Assembly: GCA_965153355.1 (NCBI GenBank)
Contig: OZ231126.1
Location: forward strand, 310,001-374,000
Reading direction: 5' to 3'
DNA length: 64,000 bases
Source of the DNA: Flaccisagitta enflata
Lineage: Eukaryota
Positions within the stretch are counted from its first letter, which is position 1; the number at the start of each line of letters is the position of its first letter. The translations under genes and the position numbers were made by a program. Below the pieces are notes generated by a model that saw nothing but the letters and a program-made list of their open reading frames with translations, made no database searches and was not told where the DNA came from. Shown here one piece after another: positions 1 to 64,000 of the stretch.

Positions 1-9
1 TCCGGCCCA

Positions 10-189
<180 letters not shown>

Positions 190-299
190 GATCACACACA
201 CATAAACCAACAAACACACAATCAGAGGAGAAGCTCAACAAATGTAAAAACAAATTAAAAAACGAATAAACAAACAAACAAACAAACAAACGAAGAAAC

Positions 300-332
<33 letters not shown>

Positions 333-425
333 ACACACACACTCCAAAAAAACAAACAAACAAACAAACAGACAAACAAACAAGCAGACAAGCAAGCACG
401 CAGACAAACAAAGACCCATCATTAC

Positions 426-770
426 CTTGCTTGAGCACAAACCTTCCAAAGCCTGGTTGATCGTGAATATCATCCACGCTAACAGGCAAATAATCTCCAA
501 TTGGCGCCAAATCGCAAATTTCTAACCATACAAACAGACAAAGCAACAAACAAACAAACAAACAAACAAACAAACAAACAAACAAACAAACAAACAAACA
601 AACAAACAAACAAACAAACAAACAAACAAACAAACAAACACACAAATGAACAAACAAACATTACCTTGCTTGAGCATAAACCTTCCAATGCCTGGTTGAT
701 CGTGAATATCATCCACGCTAACAGGCAAATAATCTCCATTTGGCGCCAATTCGCAAATTTCGAACCATAC
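426..770 (-). repeat. Two copies of the exon 16 3' end plus donor, spaced by (TTTG)n
   Basis: Copies at ~665-768 and ~426-528; the distal copy is more diverged. Confidence 0.9.
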
Positions 771-842
771 AAACAGACAAAGCAACAAACAAACAAACAA
801 ACAAACAAACACACAAATGAACAAACAAACACATATCATTAC

Positions 843-56057
<55,215 letters not shown>

Positions 56058-56247
56058 CTTTAATCTCTTTTAATTAAGTTTTAATCAAGTGTAATTTCAA
56101 GAAACTTAGCGAGTTTCTTTCTTATCGTTTATCCAATGCGCGTAAAATACAGATTTTGATTATTCTATCTCATTTTAGTTTGTATGCAGGATCATGAGAG
56201 GCGTATAATCCAGAGATGGAGTGAAAGCGAGGTGAATTCTGAATGGT

Positions 56248-56326
<79 letters not shown>

Positions 56327-56940
56327 CGTTGTCGTTGTCGTTGTTGTTGACTAGTTGAAAGTAAATCTACGGCTGGTATAAAAATTCAATCATGGAGGTG
56401 GGAGCATTAATCTTTTTTTATATATATATTTTTTTTTTGATGCAGTTTTTGTTCCCTTAATTTCTTGCGGAGCCTTAATTTCGTATAATGACATTAAAAT
56501 TTCAGTTATCCGTAATTTAGTTTAGTTTTAATTTTTCGTCGTCAGCATTCTGGACCGTCATGGTGGTAACGATGCGGCTTATTCATAAGCCGCCTCACTG
56601 ATGTTGAATGACTATTTTCGGAGGGTTTCCGTTCTGGAAAAAAAGAAAAGAAATGTGTATGAATGAAATGCCATCACAACACTTCGTTGATTCGACAATT
56701 TTGATACAAGGATGTCCGGGAAGTAAAAAACGATGTAAAATATTTAGTTATTAAGTAGTATATCATGATATAAATATACGTATATTACTTAACAAGAGAC
56801 TTATAAAAAAAGCTCCTAGACGGTTCGATATCAAAGGCAAATTGCAACAAGCTGTTGAGGAAGAGGAGGAAGAAGATGATAAAGATGAAGATGATGATGC
56901 ACTCTCTCTGATGCAGTCGAGACACGCCAGGAGCACAGAG

Positions 56941-57097
<157 letters not shown>

Positions 57098-57183
57098 TAC
57101 TGGTAGATAGTCTGGTAAACAGACAGACAGACAGACAGAGGCATACAAGAAGCCATACGGAGAAACAAACAGAGAGAGAGTTA

Positions 57184-57283
<100 letters not shown>

Positions 57284-57406
57284 ACAAATGAGGGTCGAGG
57301 GCTGCGACGACGACACACGAGACGCCCAGAGCCTTGAGAAGTAATAAAAAAAGGACGGCCAGAGAAATCTAGAGAGGCCAAATGAGGACACTGCAATGGC
57401 CAGGCA

Positions 57407-57493
<87 letters not shown>

Positions 57494-57552
57494 TACAGAT
57501 TCACAGACAGAAAGATAAACAGGCCGACGGACAGACAGACAGACAGCCAGCC

Positions 57553-57597
<45 letters not shown>

Positions 57598-57840
57598 GGC
57601 AGGTAAACAGGCAGGAAGGTAGACAGGCAGACAGGCAAACAGACAGACCGACAGGAAGATAAGTAAAAGGACCGATGGACACAAACAAACAGACAGGCAG
57701 GTAGACAGGCAGACAGGCAAACAGACAGACCGACAGGCAGATAAGTAAAAGGACAGATGGACACAAACAAACAGATGAATAAACATGTAAACACAGGCGT
57801 TAGCCTGGCAGACCGACAGACACAGACTTACAGACAGAGA

Positions 57841-57901
<61 letters not shown>

Positions 57902-58196
57902 GTATGTGTACGTACAGCTGTGCAAATGAGTGTGCACGTTATCTAACTTGTCATAAGCGCACACACACATTTAGGAAGATTGTCAATGGCAGTGTAGTCT
58001 ATATACGGGTATTACCACATTGACTCGTGACTGAACAATTTCCAGCATTTTGTTTCCGGAAAAAAAAAAACAAGTCCTTTATAAATAGAAAGATGATTCA
58101 TGAATTGATTCTAGGATATTTGATCGGTCAACATATCCCAGATAAAAAGCCCGATGATATTAGCTGGTGAACGGGTCGACATCATCGTTATCGTTT

Positions 58197-58262
<66 letters not shown>

Positions 58263-58339
58263 TCGTTATTGTCGTCGTTTTCATCGTCGTCATCGTCGTC
58301 GTCATCGACGTTTTGATGCACGCATGCGCCGGATGACGT

Positions 58340-58493
<154 letters not shown>

Positions 58494-58741
58494 TGCGCGT
58501 ATGGAACGTCGGGTAAGTAGCGATAGCATAGAGAAATAAAAGAACACTCACGTTGACAGCTCTGAGTCAGGATTTTTATTATGTCGCGATATGTTAAATT
58601 ACAAGATCAATGAGACGCACGCGCACACTTTATCGTATGTATTCACACAAGAATTGTGTAGCATAGAATCAACGTAACGTAACAAGTATGTTATGGTTAC
58701 AAGAAAATGAAAGAAAGAAAAAAATTCAATCATCAGAAATA

Positions 58742-59181
58742 CACTTTTTTTTTATATAAGAGACAACTTTTTTGAAATCAGCCTGGGTGTTCTTAATTTT
58801 TCAGCCGTTTTCAGCCTAAAATTCTCTTAAACTTTTTAAAGTGTTCTTAATCTCATCGATGTTTACAAATACATACATTGTATGAAAATATCTTATTCCT
58901 AACAATTGTATCTTAAACTTGATAATCATCATATTTTCTTAAAGATAATGCCTGGTTTTATAGGCAAACTAGAAAAAGAAGGCATTTTTAAAGAATAAAA
59001 ACATAAATTTCTTCAAATTTTGAATACAATTTAATTTTCAAATAAGAATCTAAAAAAAAAGTTCTTTTGAAAATGGTTAAAATCAAATCTCAGCCTGGAC
59101 TGTCTCTTATTTTGTTCTTAAAATTTTGCCGAATCTCAGGCTCATGTCTCTTATAAACTGGTCTCTTATAAAAAAAAAGTG
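58742..59181. mobile_element. TA-flanked MITE of the 38448 family
   Basis: Same termini; shares the internal ctgagatt motif in the opposite orientation. Confidence 0.7.
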
Positions 59182-59419
59182 TAGCGAGATAAGAAGAATA
59201 AATAACATTCCGGTCACGATGAGCAGAGGGAACGAACTAAAGTCGAATCAGAGAAATCACGACACTTAGTCAGAAATTTTCCTTTGCGTTTTTAGGTGCG
59301 ACAAAGCACCTCTATAACTGGCTGTGTCCGTCGGTCGGTTGGTTGGTTGGTCGGTTGGTCTGTCTGTAACGCATTCGTTCGACGATCCACACGTCGCACC
59401 TTATTGGCCTACTTGGCCT

Positions 59420-59700
59420 TGTTCAAGGAGCTCTTTCCAGGTGGGTCTAGGCAACGCGTGCTGTAGAGCGGTAACACTTTCACGATATGAATAGTGAAAA
59501 ATGTTTCTGAAAATGCTGTTGTAGGCGACGTGTAATTGACGACGATCATCGCCGTCTTGGACATGGATGATTTCAATGCCGTATGTGAGTATTGGCAGAC
59601 AATGAGCCTCAAGAAGTCTGAGCATTTCTAGCTCATCTGAACTCCCTTCGATGCAAATGATGGAGTTTAAGGCACGGTAGAAGAAAGAAAGTTTGTTATG
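59420..59700 (-). pseudogene. Non-LTR retrotransposon (LINE) ORF2 C-terminal fragment
   Basis: FYRALNSI...LLEAHCLPILTYGIE resembles the post-RT 'P.L.YG.E' motif of LINE ORF2; truncated. Confidence 0.55.
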
Positions 59701-62700
59701 CAAAACATTATTCTATGGAGATATAACAATAGGACAACATGGGGCTACTGATTATAGGGCCCTGGCCGTTTATCTTTTATCATTTTCGCTTGTCTTCCGT
59801 TCATTTCAAACCCCCTGTTTTGCCCTTTATTTGCATATTGTTGTAATCAGGAAAATGACTTTATTTCATTTGCCTTCTTTGATGAGGAGTCATTTTATAG
59901 GCGCTATGTTGTGCAAAACTGAACAGCAGCCTACTTCATTCAGTCATATCAAAAGTTTATTACCTTAGAATGATATTTCTATGAGTAAATTATCTGTCTC
60001 TTGGCGAACAAGAGCGCGGACATATGATTTGATTTGGATCGCAAAAAAAAAAAAGAAAAAAAAAAAGAAACGGTTGCCAATGGAATTGTGAAAAAAGAAA
60101 AACGCTGATCGTTTTGAGTCAATGTTATGATGTCGAAATCGGTCATCACCCCTATTTGGCACACCCGAATATGTTGTTTACTTAGGCAGTTAAAGTAACG
60201 AGTATAATTTCTTTAGACTTGGGCCGGTACTCTAGAATATAGAACGGAGTCATTGCATGGCCCGCATGACCTTGTTCCAATTGATATCGTAACGGCCACC
60301 ACCGCCCAAATGCAATGACTTGTCATCGCCCCGATCACTTGACATCGCCCAAATAATTTAACACCTCCCCAATCGCTTGACACCGCCCTGTTGACAAGAT
60401 TCTCTAGCCTAGAATATAATCTAGGCTGTGTGACCATAATACTGTCACTTTCTATCACTAATGTGATTAATGGCGGGAAGTCGTGTGGAGTGAATAGATG
60501 CTTTCTACAAGCCAAGATTTCGAGCATAAAATCTGAGTCAATTTTGTCGATACGATTTAGTCGCGTCGCCGGTCCATTTGCAAATATAAAACGGGGGAAA
60601 CCTTCAAATAGTCACCAGATTTATGTTACAAACAAATACTCTTTTCGCTCTCAATTTTCTATGAATCGATAATATTTTCGACGCAATCAAAAACATGAAA
60701 TTTAAGGTTTGATAGTTAGAATTGTATGTATTCACCCTTAATGTCGATCTGAAGTCGCGAACTAACGACTCTCTAAGAGGCTTTGTCCGTCTGCTGGTAC
60801 GTCCGTCGGTCCGTGGGGCACACTCAAAAGGAAGTGTGAAAACGTTCATTTTTGGTGCCGCGTCCCGGGTTTGATATTTGGTGTGTGTGGAGTGGGGGAG
60901 GGGGGGTTGCTTGCCCAGGGCTGCCTATCTGTCCGCGACGATATTGTAACCCGGCGTTACTTGTTATTATAAAGAACAAGGCCGGATACACTGCTACCCT
61001 AGTCGCCTTCGGGTGAGCAGGGACCGTTTTAAGGTCACTTGACCATTTGGTCAGGAGCAGTGAGGCCAAAGACCGCAAATACCAAAAAACAGTATAGTGT
61101 GACGGATCGATGCACTATGGGCTGAAATGTGCGCTAGGTGGCTCATTGGGGATTAACATTACACATTTTCCATTTAGTTTTCCTTTATAAAATAAACAGA
61201 GTGAAAAACCTTTTTCTGCATATTTTCAGATGTTATGAAACTATTTATACCCAATATTGAATCATTTCTACGGGATTAAAAGCTTTATGAGCTTAGTATA
61301 CAAAAGAAGAGAAATTTAAGAAAATCAAGAGAAAAATACTGCCAAATTCTCTTACATTTGATATCTAAATTGTTATAAGTTTTGACCAAATCAATGAAAT
61401 TTTTGTCTTTGTTCGATAAGATTCCTTAATAAGGGGTACAAAAAAATCATTTTTTTGCTTATTTAGCTTATTTCGCTCATTTTTCTTCGAAACAAATATA
61501 GGTTTTTACTTTTATCCACATTATTACTTGTCCATTTTAGGACACAAAAATCGCAATTAGTACGAAGCTGTACGTCCTGAGCCATAGCATTCTCAATTCA
61601 GGGCACCTTAAGCTACATTTTGGCATAGATTTCATATTGTGCGCCCTTGTGCAATCTTTAGTCGCGGACGAGCAACTCTACACCTTGCCGTGTCGGTCGG
61701 TAGATCGGTAGGTCGGTGGATCGGTCAGTAGGTCACATTTTTTAATTCTGAGTGGTTTTCGCATTACCGCTCCTGCCCAACCGTCCGCGACTGCTTTGCC
61801 GTGTATTCGGCCTTGTTAAGGCTACTTATCGCATTTTTGATGGCTCTAAATGGCAGAGAAGAAACTTGGAGGAGTAAAAAGCCTTTTAAAAAGTGCTTTT
61901 AAAAAAATAAATTTTGTCTGTCTGTCTGCCTGACATTTTTTGAAAGTGCCGACGCACGCGACTTAGGTCTTATGACCTTGTTTACTTTTTTTTTCATTTT
62001 TTTATAATAAGTAAATTCAAATCTTTTATTGATTTATCATTTTTTTTTTTGTTTTGAAAGGGAGAAATATTAGAATACTAATAAGTGAAATTTCTTTTAT
62101 TTAATTATATCAATATTAATATGTGCTTATTTCTTAAAGTTTAAGTTAATCTCTGAAGCAAAACTAGTGGTTCTGATATTTCTATAAATGATTTTTTTTT
62201 TCAATCCTTTGTGTTTTTATTTTCATGATTTTTTTTCTCCTTTTTTTCTCTGTTTATTTATCCCCCCCTTTGTTCCTTTTTTTTATTTTTCTTTCACTCC
62301 TTTTCTCTTTCTCTTTATCTTTTTAGTCGCGTGCACGCGACTCTACAACCCGCTTTGTCGGTCTGTTCGTCCGTTGATCCGTCGGTCCATCGGTCCGTCC
62401 GTCGGTCCATCGGTCCGTCCGTCCGTCCGTCCGTCCGTCCGTCCGTTGGTCCGTCCGTCACACTTTACTTTTTTGGGCAACGGCCCCTAAGGGGCCGATG
62501 ACCTATGCTTTCACATATGCGGAGATTTCTCCTCCTTCTCCTTCTTCTTCTTTGTCCCCCCCCCCTTGAGGCCCAAATCCCGGCCTTGAGGCTCAAATCC
62601 CAGCCTCGAGGCTCAAATCCTAGCCTCGAGGCTCAAATCCACGCCTCAAGGCTCAAATCCAAGCCACAAGGCTCAAATCCCAGCCTCAAGGCTCAAATCC

Positions 62701-63288
62701 TAGCGTGAAGCTCAAATCCCAGCCCTGAAGCTTAAATCCCAGCCTCAAAGCTCAAATCCCAGCCTCAAAGCTCAAATCCCAGCCTCAAAGCTCAAATCTC
62801 AGCCTCTAGGCTCCATTCCCAGCCTCAAGGCTCAAATCTCAGCCTAGTCTCGAGACCCAAATCCTAGTCTTTAGGCCTAAATCCTAGTCTTGAGGCCCAA
62901 ATCCTAGTCTCGAGGTCCAAATCCTAGTCTCGAGGCCTGAATCCCAGCCTCAAAGCTCAAATCCCAGCATCAAAGCCCAAATCCCAACCATGAAGCTCAA
63001 ATCCCAGCCTCAAAGGTCAAATTCCAGCCTCCAGGCTCAAATCCCAGCCTCCTGGATCAAATCCAAGCCTCCAAGTCCTAATCCCCGCCTTGAGGCTCAA
63101 ATAAAATCAGCATAGGTCATCGGTCCCTACGGGGCCGCTGCCCCACTAACCACCTCACACCCACATACACTCACATGCAACTAATCTCCGCAAAAATCGG
63201 CCCGGATCGGACTGACTGACCGAGACTCCTTCCTGTATCGTGAACCGATATCCAGTGTGCAACACCGAGACAGATCGGCGAGACAGAA

Positions 63289-63319
<31 letters not shown>

Positions 63320-63442
63320 ATGATCATCGAGACAGACAGCTGATACACAATGGGCATAATCAAGGCTGGGGAAAAGAAAGGAAGAGGTCGAGGAGAGACA
63401 ATGGACTGAAAAAACTGCGATTGAAGAATGGGGGAGGAAAGT

Positions 63443-63519
<77 letters not shown>

Positions 63520-64000
63520 TCGATTCTTTCAATAAGATTTGGGTGGACCATCGCTCAAAGTGGATAACAGTAAAAGAGCAGACAAAAGAGGTTGAATGAC
63601 TGGCTCATGCTTATGCTTTCTTACATTTACAATAAATGTCTTTCATTCATTCATGCCATGGATGGAATATTCATATCTGAAATACCAGTAATGGCGGCTG
63701 TCGCCGTGAGGAAAAAAGTTGTAAGCGTTGTTCACTTTTCACCAAGCTTTTGTTTTCGGTCATTGCAACTTTTTATTTGTTAGATCAAATTAAGAGCAAT
63801 TGTATATAGTGGTTGCACTGAAAATTAGAGAAAAATAGGACTGAGCCAAATAAGCTAGATGAGCTAAAATATTCAAAATCACTCGACTACGCAACCAGCT
63901 ATGCTTACTGAGATGCTTTCTTGTATTTGCATGCTTAAATCAAAACATTTATTTATTCATCGGTTTTGAAATCAGAAAAAAAGAGCAAGCTTAATGAGCT

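Overview
Repeat-rich eukaryotic (metazoan-like) genomic DNA, not prokaryotic. Most of the window holds a minus-strand kinesin-3 gene (unc-104/KIF1A/B-like). I reconstructed 16 GT-AG coding exons from ATG 56057 down to 843 with consistent phases: about 1400 codons covering the motor, coiled coils, FHA domain and stalk. The gene runs off the left edge before the expected PH domain. Introns are filled with microsatellites, TA-flanked MITEs, Helentron/DINE-like elements and a LINE fragment. Four things stand out. (1) Most exons have 'echo' copies of their ends, splice site included, in the adjacent intron, often spaced by a microsatellite that matches the copy breakpoint. (2) One intron (43036-43757) appears to have been created by this duplication process. 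(3) Three in-frame, splice-site-bounded micro-exon paralogs follow the FHA exon. (4) A two-exon antisense gene nested in intron 5 encodes a secreted cysteine-rich protein with FRAPS repeats, and its own intron looks transposon-derived. All splice models come from reading the sequence and are untested against transcripts.
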